Assembly (NCBI GenBank): GCA_037131245.1
Contig: JBAXRK010000011.1
Coordinates: forward strand, 16,699-80,698
Direction: 5' to 3'
Source: Candidatus Omnitrophota bacterium
Lineage (GTDB): Bacteria > Omnitrophota > Gorgyraeia > Zapsychrales > Fredricksoniimonadaceae
DNA: 64,000 nucleotides
Shown here: positions 47,543-55,927 of the stretch, piece after piece
Layout: each line of letters begins with the position of its first letter
Position numbering within the stretch: the first letter of the stretch is position 1
Notes under the pieces: generated by a model
Seen by the model: only the letters and a program-made list of their open reading frames with translations
Told to the model about the DNA's origin: nothing
Databases searched by the model: none
Position numbers and translations under genes: made by a program

Positions 47543-47710
47543 TTACCGCATGGTAATTTTGCCGCCTTTTTTGCGTTTAAGCTCAGAAGGCTTCGAATAA
47601 AACCGGCGTTCCTTCAGCTCGACGAGAAAACCTTCGCGCTGGCAAAGCTTCTTGAAAGTCCTCAGGGCTTTCTCGAAACTGTTGCGGTCCGACACTTTAA
47701 CTTCGACCAT
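47543..47710 (-). CDS. rpsU: 30S ribosomal protein S21
   Basis: 55-aa ORF below the ORF-track cutoff. It reads MVEVKVSDRNSFEKALRTFKKLCQREGFLVELKERRFYSKPSELKRKKGGKITMR, with ATG at 47710 and TAA at 47543..47545. This is a classic S21 sequence pattern. Confidence 0.9.
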   Translation of the reverse strand: MVEVKVSDRNSFEKALRTFKKLCQREGFLVELKERRFYSKPSELKRKKGGKITMR

Positions 47711-47730
47711 AAAATGAATTCACCCGCCTC

Positions 47731-48033
47731 TCACAATGCCGCCGCACCGTCTTCACCGGTGCGAATGCGGATTAAATTTTCCAAATTCAATATCGCGATC
47801 TTACCATCCCCCATCTTTCCGGTGACGGCATGACTGCGGATCAATTCGACGATCGTCTCAGCCTGGAACTCATCGGCAAAGATCTCGATCTTATGCTTGG
47901 CCTGCAAACCGCCCCGGCCAAGGCCGAAACCCTGCACTTCATAAGACGTCATCCCGCCTATCCCCGAGCGTTCCAAGGCTTTATACACTTCCTCAAACTT
48001 CTCTTTGCGGATGACCGCTTCGATCTTGACCAT
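47731..48033 (-). CDS. PII (GlnB-like) family signal protein with a truncated T-loop
   Basis: 100 aa. MVKIEAVIRKEKFEEV..., B-loop TGKMGDGKIAI and C-terminus IRIRTGE. The T-loop region GFGLGRGGLQAKHKIEIF is about 12 residues shorter than in GlnB and has no Tyr51 equivalent. Confidence 0.8.
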   Translation of the reverse strand: MVKIEAVIRKEKFEEVYKALERSGIGGMTSYEVQGFGLGRGGLQAKHKIEIFADEFQAETIVELIRSHAVTGKMGDGKIAILNLENLIRIRTGEDGAAAL

Positions 48034-48090
48034 AAACCACGCCTTTTAAGCCTCAGGGAGCGCTAATAGTAACACGGGCTAAAATACCCG

Positions 48091-49359
48091 TCAAGTCCGC
48101 AGGAACACCAGGAAGAACACCATCAGCAGCGTCAAAAGAATGACCGCGCCGACCGTCAGCCAGGCGATGATATTGAAGATCCGAGAATTCGTAAAATCAC
48201 CCATGATCCGCTTGTCATTGATCAGCTTGAGCATAAAGATCAGAATGACCGGCAGCAAAATGCCGTTGCCCACCTGCGAAAAATACATCATGCCGAGCAA
48301 AGGAAAGTTCGGGATCAGAACGACCACGCTCCCGATAATGATCATGGCTGTATAAAGGCCGAAGAACTGGGGCGCCTCTTCAAAACGCCGGTCAATACCG
48401 GCATCCCAGCCCATCCCCTCACAAATTGAATATGAGGTTGAAAGCGGCAGGATCGCGGCCGCGAACATGGACGCGACAAAAAGGCCGATGGCAAACAGCC
48501 ACGTCGCGTGGATCCCGGCGAAAGGTTCAAGGGCCAACGCCGCGTCCTTGGCGGAAGCAATAGGGATCCCTGCCTGATGAATGGTCGCCGCGCAAGCCAT
48601 GGTAATAAAGAAAGCCACGACCACCGCCATGCTGCAGCCGATGATCACATCCAGGCGAACCATCCGGTAATCCTCCGGCGCGATCCCTTTTTCCACCACC
48701 GAGGATTGCTGGTAGAACTGCATCCACGGCGCGATCGTCGTGCCCACAACACCCACCAGCATCACGATATAAGGCAGGGTCCACTTCACGTGCGGCCACA
48801 CCGTCTGATGCGCCACTTCATGCCAGTCGGGCTTGGCCATGATCCCGGAGATCAAATACGACACATAAAAAATACACGCGAACAGAAAGATCCGCTCCAC
48901 GACCTTATACGTGCCGCGCATAATGAGCGCCCAAGCCAGAAAGGCCGTGACCGGCACCGAAATATATTTGCTGACACCGAAGATCTCCATGCTCGCCGCG
49001 ATACCGGAGAACTCGGCCATCACGTTGGCCAGATTGACGAAAAGCAGCGTCAACATCAGATAAAACGTGATCTTGACCCCGAAATTCTCGCGGATCAAAT
49101 CCGCCAGGCCCTTACCCGTCGCCACCGCCATGCGCGAGCACATTTCCTGGACCACAATAAGGGACAGCGTGATCGGGATGAGTGACCAGAACAACGTATA
49201 GCCGAACTGCGCGCCGGCCAGCGAATAGGTCGTGATGCCGCCCGCGTCATTGTCCACATTAGCCGTAATGATCCCCGGCCCCATGATCGACAGGAACAGA
49301 AGGATCTGGACCATCCGCGGATGCTGCTTGATCTTGTCCCACCAGGTGAACTTGAGCAT
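48091..49359 (-). CDS. NRAMP/SLC11-family transporter with a non-canonical (NRMT-like, putative Mg2+) binding site
   Basis: 422 aa, about 11 TM helices. GPGIITANVDNDAGGITTYSLAGAQFGY aligns without gaps to the MntH GPG...DPGN...GAQFGY stretch, giving DAGG in place of DPGN. TM6 reads GTTIAPW in place of GAxxMPH. Confidence 0.75.
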   Translation of the reverse strand: MLKFTWWDKIKQHPRMVQILLFLSIMGPGIITANVDNDAGGITTYSLAGAQFGYTLFWSLIPITLSLIVVQEMCSRMAVATGKGLADLIRENFGVKITFYLMLTLLFVNLANVMAEFSGIAASMEIFGVSKYISVPVTAFLAWALIMRGTYKVVERIFLFACIFYVSYLISGIMAKPDWHEVAHQTVWPHVKWTLPYIVMLVGVVGTTIAPWMQFYQQSSVVEKGIAPEDYRMVRLDVIIGCSMAVVVAFFITMACAATIHQAGIPIASAKDAALALEPFAGIHATWLFAIGLFVASMFAAAILPLSTSYSICEGMGWDAGIDRRFEEAPQFFGLYTAMIIIGSVVVLIPNFPLLGMMYFSQVGNGILLPVILIFMLKLINDKRIMGDFTNSRIFNIIAWLTVGAVILLTLLMVFFLVFLRT

Positions 49360-49360
49360 A

Positions 49361-50656
49361 TCAGATCTGATCCTTGTATTTACCCCAGGCGAGCGTGATA
49401 AGCTCTTCCATCACGTCGTCCACCGTGATCGACCCCATCAGGACACCGTTCTGGTCGAGCACGGGAATCGCCGAATATTTATATTGCTCGAGCAGGAGAG
49501 CCACCTCTTCCATGCCGTCATCCGTCCGCACGAACACCTTGTGCGGATGGCAAACCTCCAGGACCGACTTCTCCGGCGGTTCATTGATGAACCGATGGAT
49601 CGTGGTCGTCCCCATAAAATTATAGAATTCATCCACCACGTAGATCGTGGTGATGCTCGCCATCGATTCGGCCGCGCCCTTGATCTTGGCCCAGGCATCC
49701 GCCACCGTCGCTTCCTTGCGCAACCAAAGGTACTCGGTCGCCATCAGACCACCGGCTGAGTCCTTGCGAAAACCCAAGAGCGTCCGCAGTCGCCGCGACG
49801 ACTGGCTTTCCATCAGGCGCAGCAGATGGTGCATCCGGTCCTTCGGGAGGCTCATTAAAAAGTCAGCGGCTTCATCGGAGGGGATCTGGCTGATGAGCTG
49901 GGCTGATTCGCCCTCATCAAGCTGGTCGATCAAGCCCAGCTTGTCGGCCGGCGCCATATCGGCGAACATTTTGCGCTGCACATCCGCAGCAAGCGAACGG
50001 TAAAGGGTAGCCTGCTCGAAGACGTCAAGGTCGCCCATGATCTCGGCGAGCACGGTCGGCGGCAGCTTGGCCAGTTTGGCACGGGCCACATCGAGCTTGA
50101 GCACGTTCTTTTTGCTGCCGAGGGTGAGGACCTGCGAACTCTTCCAGGAAATAAGCTCTTCGGCGGAAAGATAATCGGCTTTCGGCCGGAACAGGCGGAC
50201 CAAAGCGTCGATGAACCATTCCCATTCCAGCCGGCGCACCAGCCCGCGCAGTCCAACGTCCACGTGGGCCACGTGGTACTGATTATCGACCCGCAGCAAA
50301 TGAACATCATTGACGCGCTCGACCTTGCGGTTCTCAACATCCACGATCTGCTGATCGAGGACGTCGCGGCGCAGGGCGAATTCAAAATCCGGCTTCCGGG
50401 AAGAAAAGGCAATAGCCGCGGCGGGGCATTTAAGATATACCGACCTTCCATCGATCTTCTGGAATTCCGACATCGCCACTTCGGCGTACACCGGCGCCAA
50501 AAGGCCGCGACGGATCAGCAAGCCCTTGGCCTTGGGATAAATATCATTGTTGAGCGTCATCGTAAAGTCTTCAAAACCGCCCAGCGCAACGCCGTCGCTG
50601 GAAACGACCCGCAGACCCAACAATTCAGATAAATAGATGAAAAATTGATCGGCCAT
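49361..50656 (-). CDS. Cytosolic PRC-barrel + MgtE_N + CBS-pair protein (MgtE sensor part without a membrane domain)
   Basis: 431 aa with no hydrophobic helices. PRC-like N-terminus (LSELLGLRVVSSDGVALGGFEDF), then an MgtE_N region (LAKLPPTVLAEIMGDLD...EAADFLMSLPKD), then two CBS motifs up to the stop. The stop is 1 nt before the NRAMP ATG. Confidence 0.75.
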   Translation of the reverse strand: MADQFFIYLSELLGLRVVSSDGVALGGFEDFTMTLNNDIYPKAKGLLIRRGLLAPVYAEVAMSEFQKIDGRSVYLKCPAAAIAFSSRKPDFEFALRRDVLDQQIVDVENRKVERVNDVHLLRVDNQYHVAHVDVGLRGLVRRLEWEWFIDALVRLFRPKADYLSAEELISWKSSQVLTLGSKKNVLKLDVARAKLAKLPPTVLAEIMGDLDVFEQATLYRSLAADVQRKMFADMAPADKLGLIDQLDEGESAQLISQIPSDEAADFLMSLPKDRMHHLLRLMESQSSRRLRTLLGFRKDSAGGLMATEYLWLRKEATVADAWAKIKGAAESMASITTIYVVDEFYNFMGTTTIHRFINEPPEKSVLEVCHPHKVFVRTDDGMEEVALLLEQYKYSAIPVLDQNGVLMGSITVDDVMEELITLAWGKYKDQI

Positions 50657-50660
50657 ATGA

Positions 50661-51320
50661 TTAACGCTTTTGAGTAACCCCGACCCGGCCGCACACGCCG
50701 GCTACCGGGCACTCCGAGCACTTCGGCGATACGGGACGGCAAACATTCTGACCCCACAACACCAAGAGCGCATTATAGTCTTTCCAGAATTCAACCGGTA
50801 ATTTTTTTCGCAGGGCCTGCTCGGTTGCATCAGGCGAAGCGGTCTTCACAAAGCCAAGGCGGTTGGAAATGCGGTGGACATGCGTATCCACACAGACACC
50901 GGGCTTGTTAAAGCCCTCGACCACCACCAGATTGGCCGTTTTACGCCCGACGCCTTTGAGCGTCAACAACTCATCGATCGTGTCGGGTACCTGCCCGTTA
51001 AAGCGCTCCATCAGGTCGCGGGAAATATGAAGGATATTGCGCGCCTTGGTGTGATAAAACCCCACCGGGTAGATCGCTTTCTCTATCACAGGAACGGTCA
51101 ACTTTAACATGGCTTGCGGAGAGTCGGCAAGGTGAAATAATCTTTCCGAAGCCGGTAGTGTCGTAGAATCTTTCGTGCGCAAACTAAGCAGACAGGATAC
51201 AAGCACCAGATACGGCGACTTCCAGCGTTTGCCGACGAGCGTGACCGACGGGTCGGGCAGGTGCTTCACCCCCGCACGGATCGCTTCGACCACGCTGGGG
51301 ATCGTCCTAACGGAAACCAT
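50661..51320 (-). CDS. nth: Endonuclease III (DNA glycosylase/AP lyase)
   Basis: 219 aa. HhH-GPD motif (LLTLKGVGRKTANLVV, VDTHV) and a 4Fe-4S Cys cluster, CRPVSPKCSECPVAGVC. Confidence 0.9.
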   Translation of the reverse strand: MVSVRTIPSVVEAIRAGVKHLPDPSVTLVGKRWKSPYLVLVSCLLSLRTKDSTTLPASERLFHLADSPQAMLKLTVPVIEKAIYPVGFYHTKARNILHISRDLMERFNGQVPDTIDELLTLKGVGRKTANLVVVEGFNKPGVCVDTHVHRISNRLGFVKTASPDATEQALRKKLPVEFWKDYNALLVLWGQNVCRPVSPKCSECPVAGVCGRVGVTQKR

Positions 51321-51321
51321 G

Positions 51322-52302
51322 TTAAAACGTGTATCCTAGATCGACCATCAGGTCATGGTCGTCACGCCAGTTCTTGCGGGATTTCACGAAGAGCTCAAGG
51401 AAGACCTTGGTCTCAAGGAGGGCTTCAAGGTCCGCGCGGGCAAGGCTGCCCACCTGCTTGACCATCGACCCGCGGTTACCGATGACGATCTCTTTCTGCG
51501 TCTGGCGCTCCACAATGATCGCGGCGCGGATATAGGTGGTCTTGCCCTTGGCCGGGCGCATTTCCTCCACCTCGACCGCGATGGCGTGCGGCAGTTCCTG
51601 GCGGGTCAGAAGAAAAAGTTTTTCACGGATAATATCAGCCACCACCTGCTTGCGGGGGACATCGGTCACGATATCGGCTCCGTACAGCATCGGGCCTTCG
51701 GGTAAAAAGGAAAAGACCGATGACAACAGCTGGTCGGTCTGAATGCCGTCGCGCCCCGAAAGCGGCAGCAAAATAAAGTCTTTCATCTCGGCGATCGGCT
51801 GCCCGCGCTCCTGCTCCCAAAGCTCGACATATTCGGGAATATGCTTCCCCTTAAGGTCGATCTTGTTGAGGGCCATGATGACCGGCACTTTTTCGTTCTT
51901 CAAACGGGAAACGATACGGCGTTCTTCCTCCCCCACGCGCTCGGAGGAATCAACCACATAAATAATGCAGTCCACGCCTTCGATCGAATTCACGCAGGCC
52001 TGGTTCATATAGCGGTCGAGATGGTCGCGGCCGATGTGCCAGCCCGGGGTGTCGATAAAAATAACCTGCCCGCGCTCGTCGGTATAGATCCCGCGGATCA
52101 TTTTGCGGGTTGTCTGAGGGATGTCGGAAACAATAGAGATCTTCTCGCCTACAAGATAATTGAGCAGCGTAGACTTGCCCGTGTTCGGCCGGCCGATGAT
52201 CGACGCGAAGCCGCACTTGAGCATAGGCTTCTTGGCCGCTACTTTCTTCGGCGCTTTCTTGGCCGGCTTCTTTTCCGCTTTTTCCTTCTTAGCTACTGCC
52301 AT
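51322..52302 (-). CDS. era: GTPase Era with a Lys/Ala-rich N-terminal extension
   Basis: 326 aa. GRPNTGKSTL, DTPG and NKID G-motifs plus a C-terminal KH domain. It is preceded by MAVAKKEKAEKKPAKKAPKKVAAKKP. The ATG at 52302 has AGAGG 4-5 nt upstream. Confidence 0.88.
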   Translation of the reverse strand: MAVAKKEKAEKKPAKKAPKKVAAKKPMLKCGFASIIGRPNTGKSTLLNYLVGEKISIVSDIPQTTRKMIRGIYTDERGQVIFIDTPGWHIGRDHLDRYMNQACVNSIEGVDCIIYVVDSSERVGEEERRIVSRLKNEKVPVIMALNKIDLKGKHIPEYVELWEQERGQPIAEMKDFILLPLSGRDGIQTDQLLSSVFSFLPEGPMLYGADIVTDVPRKQVVADIIREKLFLLTRQELPHAIAVEVEEMRPAKGKTTYIRAAIIVERQTQKEIVIGNRGSMVKQVGSLARADLEALLETKVFLELFVKSRKNWRDDHDLMVDLGYTF

Positions 52303-52564
52303 CGGGCCTCTTTCGGTATTTCATGACGGCGATCGCCACGCCGGAAAACAGGACAAAATTGATACCACTAAAAACCCGCAGCACCCGGTCGGTCGTAATG
52401 AACGCCCAGGGCACCATCAGCAGCATGCAGGTCCACACCCCCCATAACCACCAAAGGGAAAGATCGTCGGACGACTTGCGCCGGATGATCTGGACGATCA
52501 GCGGGATATTCCACAGCGGCATGACCACGGAGGCGACCAGCGCCAACGCTTCAACAGGATGCAT
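52289..52564 (-). CDS. Small 3-TM PQ-loop/SemiSWEET-like membrane protein
   Basis: ORF to 52576 (GTG); ATG 52564 gives MHPVEALALVASVVMPLWNIPLIVQIIRRKSSDDLSLWW... Three hydrophobic helices. NIPLIVQIIRRKSSDDLS resembles the PQ-loop motif (PQ replaced by PL). Confidence 0.4.
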   Translation of the reverse strand: MHPVEALALVASVVMPLWNIPLIVQIIRRKSSDDLSLWWLWGVWTCMLLMVPWAFITTDRVLRVFSGINFVLFSGVAIAVMKYRKRPDGSS

Positions 52565-52565
52565 G

Positions 52566-53468
52566 TTAGAAAGCACAGAAAGCCTGATATTCTTTAAGGC
52601 GTTTGTCCACTTCCTTCATCGATAACGGCGCGGTCTTACCCATGCCGAACCCTTCAACATTGAACGAAGCCAGGACGGTGCCGTAAACGACCGCCTTGCG
52701 CAGGGTCTTCTGGTCGACCTTGCGGGACTTGGCCAGATAGCCGAACAGCCCGCCGGCGAACGTATCGCCCGCGCCGGTCGGATCCACGACCTTAAGCACC
52801 GGATACGCCGGATAAGCGAATTGGAAATCTCCACCATAAACATAAACCCCGTGCTCGCCCTTCTTGATGACCACGATCCGCGGCCCCATCGCGCGGATCA
52901 CCCGCGCCGCCGCTACCGCATTGCGCTCACAGGTCAGCATCTTGGCTTCAGCGTCATTGAGGACCATCAGGTCGACTTTCTTCATCAGGCGCTTGAGGTC
53001 GCGCAGCGCGGTATTGATCCACAGGTTCATCGTGTCGAGCCCCACGAACTCGGGCTTCGCCACCATCGACAATAATTTCTCTTGCACGATCGGCGCCAGG
53101 TTCGCCAGGAACACATGGGTCATCTTCTTATGATGATCCGTGATCTGCGGCGTGTAATCGGCCAGCACGCCGAGCTCCGTCGCGTGCGTGATCGCGCTGT
53201 TAAGGTCTTCGGGCTTGTATTCACCCGTCCAGCGGAAGGTCTTGCCATCAGCGACCGTGAGGCCCGCGATATTGATCCCCTTGCGCTTAAGGAAATCCAG
53301 ATGCATCTTGGGGAAATCCTTCCCCACGATCCCCACCACATGGACATCGTCGAAAAGCCGGGCGCTCATGGAAAAATGCGCCGCGCTCCCCCCGAGCATG
53401 TTCTTTTTTACGCCCGAGGGCGTTTTTACATTATCCAGTGCTACTGTTCCCAGCGCGATAAAAGCCAT
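52566..53468 (-). CDS. PfkB-family carbohydrate kinase
   Basis: 300 aa. N-terminal GG motif (MLGGSAAH) and the C-terminal signature DPTGAGDTFAGGLFGYL. Confidence 0.85.
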   Translation of the reverse strand: MAFIALGTVALDNVKTPSGVKKNMLGGSAAHFSMSARLFDDVHVVGIVGKDFPKMHLDFLKRKGINIAGLTVADGKTFRWTGEYKPEDLNSAITHATELGVLADYTPQITDHHKKMTHVFLANLAPIVQEKLLSMVAKPEFVGLDTMNLWINTALRDLKRLMKKVDLMVLNDAEAKMLTCERNAVAAARVIRAMGPRIVVIKKGEHGVYVYGGDFQFAYPAYPVLKVVDPTGAGDTFAGGLFGYLAKSRKVDQKTLRKAVVYGTVLASFNVEGFGMGKTAPLSMKEVDKRLKEYQAFCAF

Positions 53469-53470
53469 TG

Positions 53471-53890
53471 TTATTCTCCTATGATCTTGATCAAGACGCG
53501 CTTGCGGCGCCGTCCGTCAAATTCCCCGTAAAAGATCTGCTCCCAGGGCCCGAAATCAAGCTTGCCGGCGGTCACCGCCACCGTCACGCTGCGGCCCAGC
53601 ACTTCCCGCTTCAAATGGGCGTCCGCGTTATCTTCGCCGGTGTCGTTATGCCGGTATTGCGCGGTGGGCGCATGGGGCGCCAACTGCTCAAGCCAGCGCT
53701 CCAGGTCCTGATGCAGGCCGCCCTCGTCATCATTGATGAAAACGCTGGCCGAAATATGCATGGCGTTCACCAGGCAAAGCCCTTCGCGGATCCCGCTTTT
53801 CTTAAGCGCCCCGTCAACCTGCCGGGTAATATTGATAAAAGCCCGGCGCGACGGCACCTCGAACCAAAGTTCTTCACGATAATGTTTCAT
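53471..53890 (-). CDS. yjbQ: YjbQ/UPF0047-family protein (secondary thiamine-phosphate synthase family)
   Basis: ORF trimmed to ATG 53890 (ATGA overlap with the upstream stop). [25 protein letters not shown]...[20 protein letters not shown]...[10 protein letters not shown]...[16 protein letters not shown]. Confidence 0.8.
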   Translation of the reverse strand: MKHYREELWFEVPSRRAFINITRQVDGALKKSGIREGLCLVNAMHISASVFINDDEGGLHQDLERWLEQLAPHAPTAQYRHNDTGEDNADAHLKREVLGRSVTVAVTAGKLDFGPWEQIFYGEFDGRRRKRVLIKIIGE

Positions 53891-54270
53891 ACGCCGTCCC
53901 CTTGAAACGAACGGCACTCGCTCAGGCGCGCCATGAATTCGCCGTCCGCCCGCAAATTGGCCAGGTCGGCATCTTCCAGCAAATGCTGCCACTCATCATA
54001 ACCGAACTCGATCGCCCGCAACATGGCCTGCCGCGCCGCGGGAATGGCACCAAGCAATGAATAGCTGCATGCCAGGTTATAAAGCACAACAGGATCTTCC
54101 GGTCGAAGCACGGCCAGTTTTTGATCGACCGCCAGCCCTTTATCGTAAAAACCCTCTTTGGTGTAAAGATCGCCCAGGCAGACCAGCGCTTCAACAAAAC
54201 CGGGCGCGCGCTCCAGCACCTTTTCGTAAAAAGAGATCTCGAACGCCGCGTTCCTATCTTTTTTTGCCAT
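53887..54270 (-). CDS. Small TPR-repeat protein
   Basis: Trimmed to ATG 54270 ([48 protein letters not shown]...[13 protein letters not shown]). There are 2-3 TPR-like units. Confidence 0.6.
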   Translation of the reverse strand: MAKKDRNAAFEISFYEKVLERAPGFVEALVCLGDLYTKEGFYDKGLAVDQKLAVLRPEDPVVLYNLACSYSLLGAIPAARQAMLRAIEFGYDEWQHLLEDADLANLRADGEFMARLSECRSFQGDGV

Positions 54271-55420
54271 GGCGCGCCTTAAGGTAAACGCCGATGCGGC
54301 TGACCGCCTCGCGAAGATTGTCGTAACTTGACGCGTAGGAAATGCGCACATGGTCGCCGCATTGGGAGCCGAAAGCGCCGCCCGGCACCAGCGCCACCTT
54401 CTGCTGCTCCAGGAGGTCTTTCGCGAAATCGATCGAGCTCATCTTGAGGCTTTTGATCGAGGGGAAAGCGTAAAAAGCGCCCTGCGGCATATGGCAGTCA
54501 AGCCCCAGTTCATTAAGCGACGCCACAATAAAGTTCCGGCGGCGATTATACTCTTTTTTCATCGCCAGCACGTCGGGACGGCCGTGATTGACCGCTTCGC
54601 GGCCGGCCATTTGGCTGGTGATCGACGCGCACATCACCTGATACTGATGGATCTTGGTCATGGCCGCCAGGATCTTTTCATTGCCCGCGGCCCAGCCCAG
54701 GCGCCAGCCGGTCATGGCGTAAGATTTCGAGAAACCGTTAAGATAGATCACCCGCTCCTTCATGTCCGGCAGGGTGGCGAAAGGCGTATGGTCGAAATCG
54801 TAGGTAAGCTCATCGTAGATCTCGTCGGACAGGACGATCATGTCGCGTTTCTTCGCCACTTTCGCCAGCGCCAGCAATTCAGAACGCGTGTAAGAAGTGC
54901 CGGTCGGGTTACAGGGATAATTCAACAGAAAAGCCTTGGTCCCTTTTTGCCAGCATTTCTCCAGCTTCTCGGGCGTGACCTTAAAACCGTCTTCTTCCGT
55001 CGTAATGAGCGGCACCGGCACGCCGCCCGCCAGTTTCACCAGCGGCGCGTACGCCACAAAGCACGGCTCATGGATGATCACCTTCTCACCGGGCTCCAGG
55101 AGCGCGCGGCAGGCCAGGTCGAGCGCTTCACTGCCGCCGACCGTGATGAGCAACTCATTGTCCCAATGATAATCCAGCCCGTAACGGTGCTTGAGCGACG
55201 CGCAAATGTCCTTGCGCAGCTCCGGCATCCCCTTGTTCGAGGTATAGGACGTATAGCCCTGCTCGAGGGAGTAAATAGCTTTCTCGCGGATATGCCAGGG
55301 GGTCACGAAATCCGGCTCGCCGACACCCAGCGAGACCACATCCTTCATCCCCATGACCAGGTCGAAAAAGGCGCGGATCCCCGACGGCGGGAGGTCATTG
55401 ACAAGTTTAGCAACGTACAT
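54254..55420 (-). CDS. Class I/II pyridoxal-phosphate-dependent aminotransferase (aspartate/aromatic type)
   Basis: 388 aa. LGVGEPDF..., NPTGTSY, and the PLP-Lys context NGFSKSYAMTGWRLGW. Confidence 0.85.
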   Translation of the reverse strand: MYVAKLVNDLPPSGIRAFFDLVMGMKDVVSLGVGEPDFVTPWHIREKAIYSLEQGYTSYTSNKGMPELRKDICASLKHRYGLDYHWDNELLITVGGSEALDLACRALLEPGEKVIIHEPCFVAYAPLVKLAGGVPVPLITTEEDGFKVTPEKLEKCWQKGTKAFLLNYPCNPTGTSYTRSELLALAKVAKKRDMIVLSDEIYDELTYDFDHTPFATLPDMKERVIYLNGFSKSYAMTGWRLGWAAGNEKILAAMTKIHQYQVMCASITSQMAGREAVNHGRPDVLAMKKEYNRRRNFIVASLNELGLDCHMPQGAFYAFPSIKSLKMSSIDFAKDLLEQQKVALVPGGAFGSQCGDHVRISYASSYDNLREAVSRIGVYLKARHGKKR

Positions 55421-55432
55421 AAATCCTTTTAC

Positions 55433-55918
55433 CTAGTAGCTTATATTGAGTCTCTTCGACCGGGCAGGCTGCTTGAAGATCTTGCCTTCTTCCTTGTACT
55501 TCTTCAGAAGAAAATGCGTGGTCGTCTGGCGGACATTCTCCATCGGCGACAGCTTGGAGGAAACGAACTCCGCGACCGTCTGGATGCTCTTCCCCTCGAC
55601 GATCAGGAGCAGGTCGTAACTGCCCGACACCAGGTAGCAGCTAGAGACCTCGGTGAAGCTGTAAATGCGCTCGGCGACAGCGTCGAACCCGACGTCCTTC
55701 TGGGGCGTGATGCTCACCTCGATGAGGGCCCGGACCGGCGCGGAAAGCCCTTCCGCCAGCTCGGGATTGACCACCGCCTTGTACTGGACGATGGTGCCGT
55801 CCTCTTCATACTTTTTGATCGCCTTTTTGACCGCCGCCACCGGCTTCTTCACCATCTTGGCAATATCTTCCGCCGGAGTACGCGCGTCATTGATCAGGAT
55901 ATCGAGTATCTCGTCCAT
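55433..55918 (-). CDS. Lrp/AsnC-family transcriptional regulator
   Basis: 161 aa. N-terminal HTH (ILDILINDARTPAEDIAKMVKKP) and a C-terminal RAM/AsnC_trans_reg-like domain (VRALIEVSITPQK...CYLVSGSYDLLLIVEG). Confidence 0.8.
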   Translation of the reverse strand: MDEILDILINDARTPAEDIAKMVKKPVAAVKKAIKKYEEDGTIVQYKAVVNPELAEGLSAPVRALIEVSITPQKDVGFDAVAERIYSFTEVSSCYLVSGSYDLLLIVEGKSIQTVAEFVSSKLSPMENVRQTTTHFLLKKYKEEGKIFKQPARSKRLNISY

Positions 55919-55927
55919 ATATTCCTT

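Noticed and set aside
47537-47833. 98-aa plus-strand ORF in the purH-PII interval.
   Set aside because: It is antisense to an unmistakable rpsU (47543..47710) and to the 3' end of the PII-like gene. It has no motif of its own.
48034-48090. Possible hairpin or regulatory element between the NRAMP and PII genes (ACGGG...CCCGT).
   Set aside because: It has only a 5-bp stem with a 7-nt loop and no T-run. That is indistinguishable from chance, and the gap is adequately explained by the RBS region of the PII gene.
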